From Asterias rubens (lineage: Eukaryota), in contig NC_047062.1 of the NCBI RefSeq assembly GCF_902459465.1, positions 21,948,001 through 22,012,000 of the forward strand: a DNA stretch of 64,000 bases, given 5' to 3'. A model generated the notes under the pieces. It saw nothing but the letters and a program-made list of their open reading frames with translations. It made no database searches and had not been told where the DNA came from. Of the stretch, positions 26,171 to 37,180 are shown piece after piece. Numbering within the stretch: position 1 is the stretch's first letter; every line of letters begins with the position of its first letter. Position numbers and translations under genes: made by a program.

Positions 26171-26473
26171 TGAAGGCAGTGGACACTATTGGTAATTACT
26201 CAAAGTAATTATTAGCATAAAACCTTACTTGGTAACGAGTAATGGGGAGAGGTTGACAGTATAAAACATTGTGAGAAACGGCTCCCTCTGAAGTAACTCA
26301 AGTTTTCGAGAAAGCAACTTCGTGTGACACGGTGTTTTTTCTTTCATTATTATCTCGCAACTTCGACTACCAATTGGGCACAAATTTTCACAGGTTTGTT
26401 ATTTGATGCATATATTGAGATACAGCAAGTGAGAAGACTGGTCTTAATTACCAATAGTATCCAGTGTCTTTAA
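26171..26473. mobile_element. Kolobok-like TTAA MITE, family 1 (internally deleted copy)
   Basis: AAGGCAGTGGACACTATTGGTAATT ... TTACCAATAGTATCCAGTGTCTTTAA. Partial copies occur at ~50-114, 18437-18610, 23209-23420 and 23830-24200. Confidence 0.8.
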
Positions 26474-27729
26474 GGGTATCTCTACAATTACATTATGATT
26501 GATACGAACAGTATGCTCCAAAAACCGAACGTACACAATCTCTCACTGAATACAGGGCCGATGAAGAACAACAAGGGGTTATGCTGTTTAGGCTAAACAC
26601 AAAACAAGAAAAATAGACAACTCGAGCGAAGGTTTAACTTCTTGGTTATTTTTTTCGTAACAACATACATTGTTCGTCACAATGTCACTTTCTCTTTAGT
26701 ACAAAACAAGTAATATACAAATAACAGATCACAGAGGAGACTTATTATTATGAAAGACAGAAAATGTTACGTGAGTTCGTTTTTCAGTGCCTCGTTTGAG
26801 CTAAATGCATTTTTTTAAAGTAATTTAGCAAACACTTTTTTGACAGTATTTTGAATTATTTTAGGCCTACAAATAATGCGATGCGTTATCATAAAAGTCT
26901 GTAATACTCACTCAAATTATTATTAATGTAAGGGTTTGTTCTTCTCTAGACTAAGGAAATGAAATTGAACTTTAAAAAATACTCTGCTAAGAATGCTGAA
27001 CAGGTTGAGGAATGCAGAGCATCACAAAACAATAGTTTTCTGTGATTCGAACGGGGTTGGGACTTGAGTCAAGTCTAGGTCAGTGAGACCAGCATAGCAT
27101 GTTGTTTATCGCCAGAGACTGGATGTGGCAAAATGCTTTTGACCTACAAAGAACCCATGGTGATTTTTTTTCAAGTGTTTTATTTCTATTTTCTAGATTC
27201 TTGGTCCATAAAGCAGTTTGCCACAGCCAAACTCTCACTTTAAAGATAACTTGTAGGCGCCTATAAAAAAAAGGTGACAATCGGAACAGTGTTTTTTATT
27301 TTATATAGAATAAAAGTTACATCTATCTTAAGTCTACTTGCAATTCGTTGAGCTGTGTCATACAGCTCGAAATCTGCGTGGATGCTTCTACTGCCATAAA
27401 CGAAAAATATAGTCTCACTATGCCCGATCAGATTTATGTTTCTGTATTTGAGAGTTAACGTCGAAAAATCAACGTATCGTTAGTTCAAAGCGCTTAAACT
27501 ACCACCAACAATAGTCTCATTTTTTCCAACAAGTACAGTTCAAACAATCTGGTTACATACGTGGCTTATTTTTCTTCAAAGCAAATTAGTGATAATGATG
27601 ATAATAAAAATGCAAAAGATGGTTAGTCTTATCTCTGAAAACTGAGTTCGCGGTAAAAAAGAACTTCTGTCATCACGTGACAGTTATCAACTATCCGATT
27701 CTTCAAAATCCTAAAATATTGAGGGACTT

Positions 27730-27856
27730 TTGGGGACACTAAGAGGCGGCAGACTCACCGGGGGGAAACCATTGTTCTCGGTGATGTGCGCATGCTCAGA
27801 ACTACGAAAACAATGGAAATTACCTGGTAAGTCTGCTGCCACCTAGCGTTCCAAAG
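27730..27856. mobile_element. Hairpin MITE-like element
   Basis: TTGGGGACACTAAGAGGCGGCAGACTCACC pairs imperfectly with GGTAAGTCTGCTGCCACCTAGCGTTCCAAA. There is an inner inverted repeat CCATTGTTCTCG / CGAAAACAATGG. Confidence 0.7.
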
Positions 27857-28005
27857 TCTCACATTCATCCGCTTTTTCTCAGCCTCAATCTGATAGTCTG
27901 ATTTCATAGTTGGAAAGCAAGATTACTGCATCGTGATTTTTTTTAAAGAATCTTTACACTTTTCTAAAGGAACCCAGCTGCAGATCGCTCTCCGTCAAAT
28001 GCTGG

Positions 28006-31000
28006 CTACGGCCTGACGATGGACGCCAGGACACCAGACGCAACGATTACACAGGCTGAATAAACAACGTGGGCGGCTCCACCTGTCGAGAAGAACGCAA
28101 AAAAATACAAAAACTTCAAGATTGTGGGATGTGGAGCTCCATATGGTCTGAGTTTTTACCTAGAAGTTTATGAGTAGGATACCGTGGCGTAATTTCTCAC
28201 TCATATATTAAAAGACCTTTAGGTCTAAAGCCCTTTTGAGGCATCTGCCAGCACATGTACATTTTGTGCACCAATGTTTCGTCTTTCATTATTCTCTTGC
28301 AACTTCGATGACCACTTGAATTACAAATTATCACAGGTTGCTATGTATGCATTATTATATTGAAATAAATCTGAAACCTCCATTCATGTATCAGAGATCG
28401 ATCCAAGTGATCATGCTGCTATTGCCAATGCTATCAACAATCATCTGGCCAGTTTTTCCCAAGTGTAACAACCAATCAGATTAGATGAGCTACCGGCCTA
28501 TCTGCCAAGTAGCAGGCCACCTCCCCAGTTTCAACCGTGGGACATTTATGAGGATTTGAAGAGGGTGTCTGTTTCCAAAGCCGGGGGGCCTGACAATGTT
28601 CCTCAGAAGGTGTTAAAGGAATTCGCATACGAGCTCAGTTCCCCTGTGACTGACATCATTAACACCTCTCTCGTACAGGGCAGTGTTCCTAATCAATGGA
28701 AAATTGCAAATGTCATCCCTGTACCCAAACAGACACCCCCTTCAATTGAGAAACTTAGGCCAATTTCATTGACATCAACTCTAGCAAAAATTGCTGAAGG
28801 TCGTGTAGCCAACCATGTGCTAAAGTCAATCCAACCCCATGTTGATGACAGACAGTATGGTAACCGTAAGGGTATGTCAACCACACATTGCCTAATTGAT
28901 GTCTACCACCAATTGGTGTCAAAAGCTGAGAAACCTGGCAACATCAGTACTCTTGTACTAACTGATTTCTCTAAAGCTTTCGATGTTATTGATCACAACA
29001 TTGCTTTTTCTAGTCTTTTGAGCATGGGTGTGGCGCCCAATATTGTGCAGTGGGTGGTTGACTTCATTTCTGGTAGACAACGAAGAGTTAAATATAAACA
29101 AACCCTCTCCGATTGCATTACTTTAATGGGTGGTGTCCCACAGGGAACAATTATTTTTCTTTGTATCATCAACAGTGCCCAGGAGGAAGTCAGGGATACG
29201 GACGTCCATGCATGGAAGTATGTCGATGACCTGACATTGAGTGAGAGTAGAAGTTACGGCAGTCCAGGTACCATCCCAGACAGTTTGGACTCCTTGTATC
29301 AATGGACCATTGATACCAAACTGAAACTCCACCCATCAAAATGTCAGGTCATGCAGGTGTACTTCGGACGAAAACTCATCCCCGACGTGGATGTCCGTAT
29401 CTCTGACCAGAAACTCGCCATCGTGGACAAGGTCAAACTACTGGGGGTAATTATTGAACAAAATCTAAAATGGGAGGGCCAAGTAGACTCGATGTATAGT
29501 AAGGCCAACAGAAAGCTGTTCATGCTAAGGAAGTTGAAGGATGCTGGACTAGACGCCGAAGAACTCCTCACAGTATACAAAGGCTATATTCGCCCAGTCC
29601 TTGAATACGCAGCCCCTGTTTGGAATGCTGGCCTTACCCAGAAGCAGGTGAACCACCTCGAGAAGATCCAGAAGCGTGTATGTCACTACATCCTCTCTAA
29701 GGACTACACAACATACCACGATGCTTTGTCTATTCTTCAATTGGACTCCCTCCAGTCTCGAAGAAACAAACTCTGCCACCAATTTGCAGAGAAGGCAAGC
29801 ACTTCTGTGAGATTTTCGAGGTGGTTCCCTGCTTCTGTAAACAACTCATCTATGCAACTCCGCCAACGAGCACGGTTTGGTATGTTTCACTGCAACACCA
29901 AAAGATTCCAAAACAGCCCCTTACCCTACCTCACCAAGCTCCTGAACTCCTAAAACCATGTTAATATAATTGCTTAATTGTCTGGTCTTAAATGTATACA
30001 AATGTAGTGAACTGTAATGTTTGTACATATCTGGCAGGCCATTGCTTTTGTGATTTTTGTGATTTTATTTTTTTTATCAAATGTTCACTATGTATTTTCT
30101 ATTGTAAAGCTTTTTAATAACTAATGTTATATTTTTTAATTATTGTAAATTATGCCGCAATTCAGCGGTATGCTGCGATGGCATTTTTGAATAAATAAAC
30201 CAATAATTTAATACACACCAAGTGATAATTCAGGTCTTTGACAATTACCAAAAGGTATCCCACAGTGCCTTTAAGACTCGTCTAATCACATGCAGTATAT
30301 AGTCGAACTATAACAGTGTTAAAATTGTAGACCTACTTTCTGGGGTTGTGGTGTTCGAGGCGGCGGCCGTCGTCTGGGCGTCGGTAACTGGTGAGGTGTT
30401 GGCAGCGGCTTCGGTGGTTGCGGTGGTCGTTTCTTGACTAAGGACGCCTTGAATAAACACAATGCAGAACATCGCCACGATGAACACAATTACCTATTGT
30501 ACCGAACACACATCAAATAAAATCGGTTTCAATTGAAACACTTTGATAACACTTTGATTTTACTTTCTGTTTTTTTGTCTCACCCATCACCCAAAGTGTT
30601 TTTCTGCATTCAGCAGCAATACACCTGGTTGGCATTGCCGGGGGAAAAAAACAAGTTTGCCTCGATTGACGTCACGAACAGCGCCCTCTCGGGTCGGGGT
30701 CTACTCTTAAATTTGTAAATAACTGATTTTTTAAAACCTTAGCTAACTGTTTATTCACATTCCACTCATCAAAACACATATAGTAGTGACAAAAGCTTTA
30801 TTTTGAAAAAAATACCACTTCCAGGTGACTTTACAAACAGAAGTTCATGAGCTATTCAGTGAGCAACCACGTTTGTTTGAAATGTTCGGGTTCTACTTTT
30901 GCAAGCAAATAAAATTAATTTCAACCGATGCGCGTAAGTATACATGCTGGTGTAAAAGGAACACGTTGCCTTGGATCGGTCGAGTTGGTCTTTGAAAAGC

Positions 31001-32371
31001 GTTTGTAACCGTTTGTTATAAAATGCATATGGTTAGAAAGATGTTGTATTAAAAGTAGAATACAATGATCCACACAAACATGGCTCGAAATTGCACGGTT
31101 TTCCTTTTACCTCGTCGACTAACACAGTCGGCCATTTATGGTAGTAAAATGTTTGACTCCTATAAATGGCTGGCCGTGTTTGTTCGCAAAGTAAAATGAA
31201 AACCGTGCATTTTTAGGCAAATTTGTGTGGATCATTGTATTCTACTTTTAAAATATCTTTTTAAACCATATGCATTTCATAACAAACGGCTACACTATAA
31301 CGTCTATAACGCTTTTTGTAGACCAACTCGTCCGATCCAAGGCAACGTCTTCCTTTAATACTTTGGATGCGGACAGTTTTGACATTTTGAGGTTTTTATC
31401 CCAGCGAACGCAACTAAATAAATTAATTTGAATTTATCAAACAAACACGACCTTAAACATTTTCCTGAAGACGAGCGGAGTATACTGTTCGAAACGTCGA
31501 GACCACACCCGGCTCTTTTCAGAGCCAACACTCCCAAACAAAAGGTATTCAATACATGGTTGTTATACCCGCAAGTTTACTAGTATGGTTAATTATTTGA
31601 TGCTATATATTTTTTATTTATTGGTATACTTTCATAAAAATAAAAGAAACCCGTTAAAACAAATGTACAGTAAGCCAACCGATAGGTTGAATTGCAATGG
31701 TAAAATTCATTAACATTTCTTTAAAAGTAGCTTAACACAAACACAACTGTTTTATAAGATGTTATCATTCATAACAAACATTGGAAGGTTAATATTGAAC
31801 GCCCAAAATAATCGACAGGTGTTTATTTTCAATCTGAAAGCCTTCAAGTCTTTGGACACTTTTACATTGAAACCATGCTCATTATACTGTACATTAAAAC
31901 ATGCCAGTGTAAGCATCAATCATTTGGTTTATCGCTACAGCGGGACGGTTTGAATTAAGGTTGTCGTCAACAAATCAAGGGCAAAATTAGATAACATAGC
32001 ATTCAAAACAAAACACTAAAAAGATGTGCGCCAATCATAATTTGGTTGTTGTAGTTCTTGTTGTCGGGTTTTTGGTTTTGGTTTTGTTTTTTGGTTTTTT
32101 TTGGGGGGGTGGGGTGGGGGGTGAAGGAAAATTTACATATATGCACCTTACAGTTGTACCGACTTGAATTACAAATAAAGTTACATTTTGCAAATTACAG
32201 GTAACTAAGGCGATTTGGAAAACAATACAAATAAGGTGATCCATCACACTACAACACAATAACACAAACCGATAGAAAACCCACTAATCCGCTCCTGTAT
32301 ATGGTTAAAAAAAAATTGGTGCTTTTTGTGGGGAAAAATAAAATACAAACAAAAATACGTACCGTCTTCAT
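28006..32371 (-). CDS. Unnamed 80-aa secreted, Thr/Ala-rich, predicted GPI-anchored glycopeptide (CD24/CD52-like architecture)
   Basis: Exons 32371-32363 (ATG AAG ACG|GTACGT), 30493-30337 (AATAG|...GAA A|GTAGGT) and 28082-28006 (TTCTCGACAG|GT...TAG); phases 0 and 1 fit, 243 nt total. Protein: MKTVIVFIVAMFCIVFIQGVLSQETTTATTEAAANTSPVTDAQTTAAASNTTTPESGAAHVVYSACVIVASGVLASIVRP. Confidence 0.85.
28368..30213 (+). mobile_element. 5'-truncated non-LTR retrotransposon (CR1/L2 group, Rex1/Babar-like) with reverse transcriptase ORF 28556-29953
   Basis: RT motifs GPDNVP, RPISLTS, QYGNRKGMST, LTDFSKAFDVIDH, GVPQG and KYVDD; LINE C-terminus (YIRPVLEYAAPVW). 3' UTR with AATAAA at 30190. No endonuclease domain. 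In-frame TAA at 28466. Confidence 0.93.
30956..31358. mobile_element. Kolobok-like TTAA MITE, family 2
   Basis: ~35-bp TIR AAGGAACACGTTGCCTTGGATCGGTCGAGTTGGTCT / AGACCAACTCGTCCGATCCAAGGCAACGTCTTCCTT, ending in TTAA. Confidence 0.85.
31461..31502 (+). ncRNA. Minimal type I hammerhead ribozyme motif (Penelope-like, dimer type), intact core
   Basis: TTTC-CTGAAGA-C-GAGCGG-AGTATA-CTGTTC-GAAAC-GTC-GAGA: CUGANGA and GAAA core, 6-bp stem II, 4-bp stem I, palindromic ACGU in place of stem III. Activity is untested. Confidence 0.75.
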
Positions 32372-33521
32372 GATGATGATGATGTGTGGGTGTACTTTTT
32401 CCTATTTATGTCGACAAAAAAGGTTGTATTTCCTCGTAGCTAGGAGATCCTGATTATGGTTGTTAGTTAATATTGCCAGAAGTATAAATGACCCCCAATG
32501 CTTCAGACCCAGCGTTTTATTCAAACAGCCAGTTATTCTACCGTCATTCCTCCCTCTGTAGGTCGAAGCTATATTGATATTTTGTTGTGATTGGATACTG
32601 TCATAAAACATTTTAATACACGTAGTCTAGTAGGCTACGCAACATTGAAGTAATGTTAACGGAGAGCATTGACATAATTTCAAGTTTATGCATTTTATGG
32701 GCGATTCCCGTTAATGTGTGTGTACTCGAAACAGCAAACTCAATTACGACAACACCGCAGTTATTTGATTCTTATGCTCGTCCTTTCTGCCCTTCTAAAT
32801 GTATGTGGATTCTTCTCTCCTTTCATAAACAATAATTAATGCCCTGACGTTTCGACATTTGCAAAGTCTTTCTCGAAGGCTTTTAATGGAAATGGTATCG
32901 AATTCGTTTTGTTTTCATAAAGTAAAATGGGCCCAACTAGGTTGGGCATGTTCTGATTTTAGAAGTCATTATTTTCTAAAACATGAAAAGTTGGAAAGTT
33001 GGCCATTGTTAACACTTTCAGACGTATACGGTCAACATACAACTTCATTGCTAAAACAATGGGCCAAACATTTCTTTGGTCAGAGGAAAATACACGTTTG
33101 ATCCAATTCCACTGACGTCATCACCAGAAACAAAAATTGTTTGCGCCATTTTTTGAGAGTCAGTTTCACCACTCGGTGGTCGGTACGCATTTGAGGCGGT
33201 ACCTGTTGTGGGGTGCAAGTGGCACATGGCGAATGCGCTTGGTAAATGAGGAGGAACATCGCGCCTTTTTTTTTGGGGGGGGGGCTTTGTTCTTGCTTTG
33301 TGACAGAAACCCCAGATGACAGAAACCCTTCTTCCATGATAAGTGTTTTGGGTTCGTGTACATGCACTATCAATCCCAGTACACGGGACCTACGGCATAA
33401 TGTCCCATCCGAAGGAAAAGTCAATTACCTTGCTCAACTTAAACAACTAGCCTTTTGATCAGAGAAACACCCGAGTTTGGGGCTCCAGCTAAGCAAAGCA
33501 GATTTTCCGGCTTCACACAAT

Positions 33522-33890
33522 TTAAAGGCAGTGGACACTATTGGTAATTGTCAAAGACTAGCCTTCACAGTTGGTGTATCTCAACATATGCATAAAATAA
33601 CAAACCTGTGAAAATTTGCGAGATCATCAAAGTTGCGAGATAATAATGAAAGAAAATACCCTTGTCACAAGAAGTTGTGTGCGTTTAGATGGTTGATTTC
33701 GAGACCTCAAGTTCTAAACTTGAGGTCTCGAAATCAAATTCGTGGAAAACTACTTCTTTCTCCAAAACTATGGCACTTCAGAGGGAGCGGTTTCTCACAA
33801 TGTTTTATACCACCAACCTCACCCCATTACTTGTCACCAAGAAAGGTTTTTATATGCAAATAATTATTTTGAGTAATTACCAATAGTGTC
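33522..33890. mobile_element. Kolobok-like MITE family 1 (right TIR truncated)
   Basis: TTAA|AGGCAGTGGACACTATTGGTAATTGTC...TTACCAATAGTGTC. Confidence 0.85.
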
Positions 33891-34611
33891 AAAAGCGCGT
33901 ATTGTTGGCGAAAAGTAGTTCGCTCCAAAACTCGCTTTGGCAGGAATTTGGAACCAGGCTTCCCCTCAGTTAAATTGAGATACATGTTCAGACAGTATAT
34001 CATACTGTCTTGAAGTACACTAACAGCCTTACGTTTCAAAAGTATTCGGCTTTATTTGTAAAAATATAATTCAAATGATGAATGGTTTTTCTCTTTTCAA
34101 TTTTTTATGTTTACACTTGCCTCGCACGGCTGGTAAAAATGTTAATCAGCTTGTTTGCATGTCACATGGAGTTCCCACAGACATTTCCATAATAACTCCA
34201 GCTCTCATGTATCTTATTCTCTGGAAATACAAGGCCCCTTTTTGAGATGTCTATTTCACATCCGTTTAATTCCCAGGCTATATCGGATAACCATGTATAT
34301 GAATGCCCAACTGCCCACACCGTGGCCTGATTTCGTCAAACGCTTTGAAATGCAATCAGTCTTTTCCCCTCTAGCACATCTTTATCTATATCCAAATCAC
34401 AGATCGCAGTGAAGATGCGCCATTATTTATACAAGTCATTCTGATCGCACCAGGGCTCAATTTCACAGAGCTGCTTAAACACAAAAAGTATAGCTAAGCA
34501 CAACTAAAATTATGCTATACAGCCAAACTATTAGGTTACATGTACAATGTGTGACTTGTATCCTGCTCATTTCTGCTAAGAAACAAATTATTGAGTAATA
34601 TTATGTTCTGC

Positions 34612-34969
34612 TTAAAGGCAGTGGACACTAATGGTAATTGTCAAAGACTAGCCTTCACAGTTGGTGTATCTCAACATATGCATAAAATAACAACCTGTGA
34701 AAATTTGAGCTCAATCGGTCATCAAAGTTGCAAGATAATAATGAAAGAAGAAAACACCCTTGTCACACGAAGTTGTGTGCGTTTAGATGGTTGATTTCGA
34801 GGAAATCAAATTCGTGGAAAATTACTTTTCTCCAAAACTATGGCACTTCAGAGGGAGCGGTTTCTCACAGTGTTTTATACCACCAACCTCTCCCCATTAC
34901 TTGTCACCAAGAAAGGTTTTATGCGAATAATTATTTTGAGTAATTACCAATAGTGTCCACTGCCTTTAA
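34612..34969. mobile_element. Kolobok-like MITE family 1, both TIRs, TTAA on both sides
   Basis: TTAA at 34612-34615 and 34966-34969 flank the AGGCAGTGGACAC / GTGTCCACTGCCT termini. Confidence 0.9.
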
Positions 34970-36504
34970 GTACCTCTATGAAATTGAACTCAGAGTATTT
35001 CAAGAGAGGTTTTTTTCTTTCAGACTCATATAAGTAATGAGATGCAATTTGGAGGGGGGGGGGGGTTGGATTTTATAGGACAGCTCTTTTCTCACGAGCA
35101 AGAATGGCAGGGGTCCAAAGTCCTGATAAAGAGCGACTGTTCAGGTTGGTTGTCTGTTTCGTCTTGCTTTCATTTACTCATTTTGTTGCGAGTTATATAA
35201 CATAAAATATGTTCTGTTTGTTTTTCCATCTTTGTATGTGGTTTTTTGTTTCAGTACGAGGTTAACCACACCATTTTTTAACAAGAAAGATTAAAGAAAT
35301 GGGAATCAAATGGGGAAAGCCAACAATGTATGTATGTCTGTCTGTCTAACAATTTGTCAGAACCGCACAAGTATTACTTGTGCGGCTGACAAATTGTTAG
35401 ATTACATACTGTACATACATTGTTGGCTTTCCTTATTTCAAGTCAACTCAACAGATTCACATAATTTAGACAGACAAATAAATAATCTCTCTAATGATCT
35501 TTTAATATACAGAAATCTATATTCCTCACTCAATTTACAAAAAGAACACACGGTATTTGTGTACAAACAAATATTTTATGCAATATACAAAAATTATGGA
35601 ATGCAAGAGAAGTATTAGAGTTATCAAAATTAACTTCATAGTTTCTTCAAAAGGGAATGTTTTTAAAATAGATTTTAATAAGGTTAGCTCTAAACTAAGG
35701 GGCAGCTCTGACATCAAGGTTTGATAAACCAGATTGGACTGCCGGTCCAAGGTTGAGCAAGTTTAAGTTTAGGTGCTGTAAAATCACAACCAAACAAATT
35801 GCACAGTTATGGTGGATATGTTTTAGATTTAAGTTGTAATAGAAGGTTTGCACACAGGACATTTTGAGATACACAAATATTCTCAGTCATTTAATGCCAA
35901 TAAAACCAGATAGACATCATGGCTCAAGGCAGACTTTACTTCTTCTAATTCTTTTTTTTTTTTTGCATCAGACTTGCATCAGAGTAACTATGCTTGCTCC
36001 TTTGCTGATTAATGGCAAAGGACTTTTTCAGCATTACAAAAATGAATGAATAACCTCCTGTCTTTGTGTAACCTCCGCTGCTGTGTATGTTCTTGCTGCA
36101 TTTATCTGAATAAATTCAAATCAAATCAAATCAACATGATAAATATAACCCCAGGAAAATCCCAGGGAACTCAAACCCCTAAACTTCCTTGGAAACTTGA
36201 ACCCCCCCCCCCCCTAACGTCTTAGGGAACTTTACGACAGGAATTTCCTGGGGAATTTTCCAGGAATTCCCTTGAAACACGTGCAGTGTGAAAGTTTTTT
36301 TTTAAAGCAAGGTGGTCAACATTCAAATTATGATTGAAGCTAAATCTCTACAGTAGGCCTAACAGTGCTAAGCAATGATTCCGTCTTCACATCTGAAGTT
36401 CATGATGCATTGAGTTCAATTAAGAAACTCACAGACTACACAAAGTTGAAATGTTAAGACTAGCATTTCCCTGGGTCGACCCAGGGAAGCTAAACGAATG
36501 CACC

Positions 36505-37180
36505 CTATCTTGGCTTTCTTCACCTCTTCCTACAAGGTTAGCTGGTAGTCAGTTGGCTGGTAAACTGTCACCTAGCACTTGGTGGATTACTCTTATCTCT
36601 TGGCTTTCTTCACCTCTTCCTTCCAGTTAGCTGGTAGTCAGTTGGCTGGTAATCTGTCACCTTGCACTTGGTGGATTACTCTTATCTCTGTTGGTTTTCT
36701 TCAGCCCTTCCTCCCAGTTAGCTGGTAGTCAGTTGGCTGGTAATCTGTCACCTTGCACTTGGTGGGTTACTCTTATCTCTCTTGGCTTTCTTCACCTCTT
36801 CCTACCCGGTTAGCTGGTAGTCAGTTGGTTGGTAATCTGTCACCTAGCACTTGGTGGATTTTTCTTATCTATCTTGGCTTTCTTCACCTCTTCCTACCCA
36901 GTTAGCTGGTAGTCAGTTGGTTGGTAATCTGTCACCTAGCACTTGGTGGATTTTTCTTATCTATCTTGGCTTTCTTCACCTCTTCCTACCCAGTTAGCTG
37001 GTAGTCAGTTGGTTGGTAATCTGTCACCTAGCACTTGGTGGATTTTTCTTATCTATCTTGGCTTTCTTCACCTCTTCCTACCCAGTTAGCTGGTAGTCAG
37101 TTGGTTGGTAATCTGTCACCTAGCACTTGGTGGATTAATCTTATCTCTCTTGGCTTTCTTTACCTCTTCCTTCCACTTGG
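36505..37180. repeat. Tandem repeat, 89-92 bp unit, 7 copies, derived from the last exon of CEP15
   Basis: GTTAGCTGGTAGTCAGTTGG recurs at 36537, 36626, 36717, 36809, 36901, 36993 and 37085. Confidence 0.95.

Noticed and set aside
32840-32885. Minus-strand GAC...GTCGAAACGTCAGGG hammerhead-like remnant
   Set aside because: The CUGANGA strand is not recognisable; too degenerate to call.
33040-33430. GC-richer block with several short overlapping ORFs
   Set aside because: No recognisable protein motif or consistent splice sites.
33633-34943. Recurrent ORFs such as MVDFETSSSK.../CAFRWLISR... (also 38625-38886, 42036-42244)
   Set aside because: Chance ORFs within copies of the non-coding family-1 MITE.
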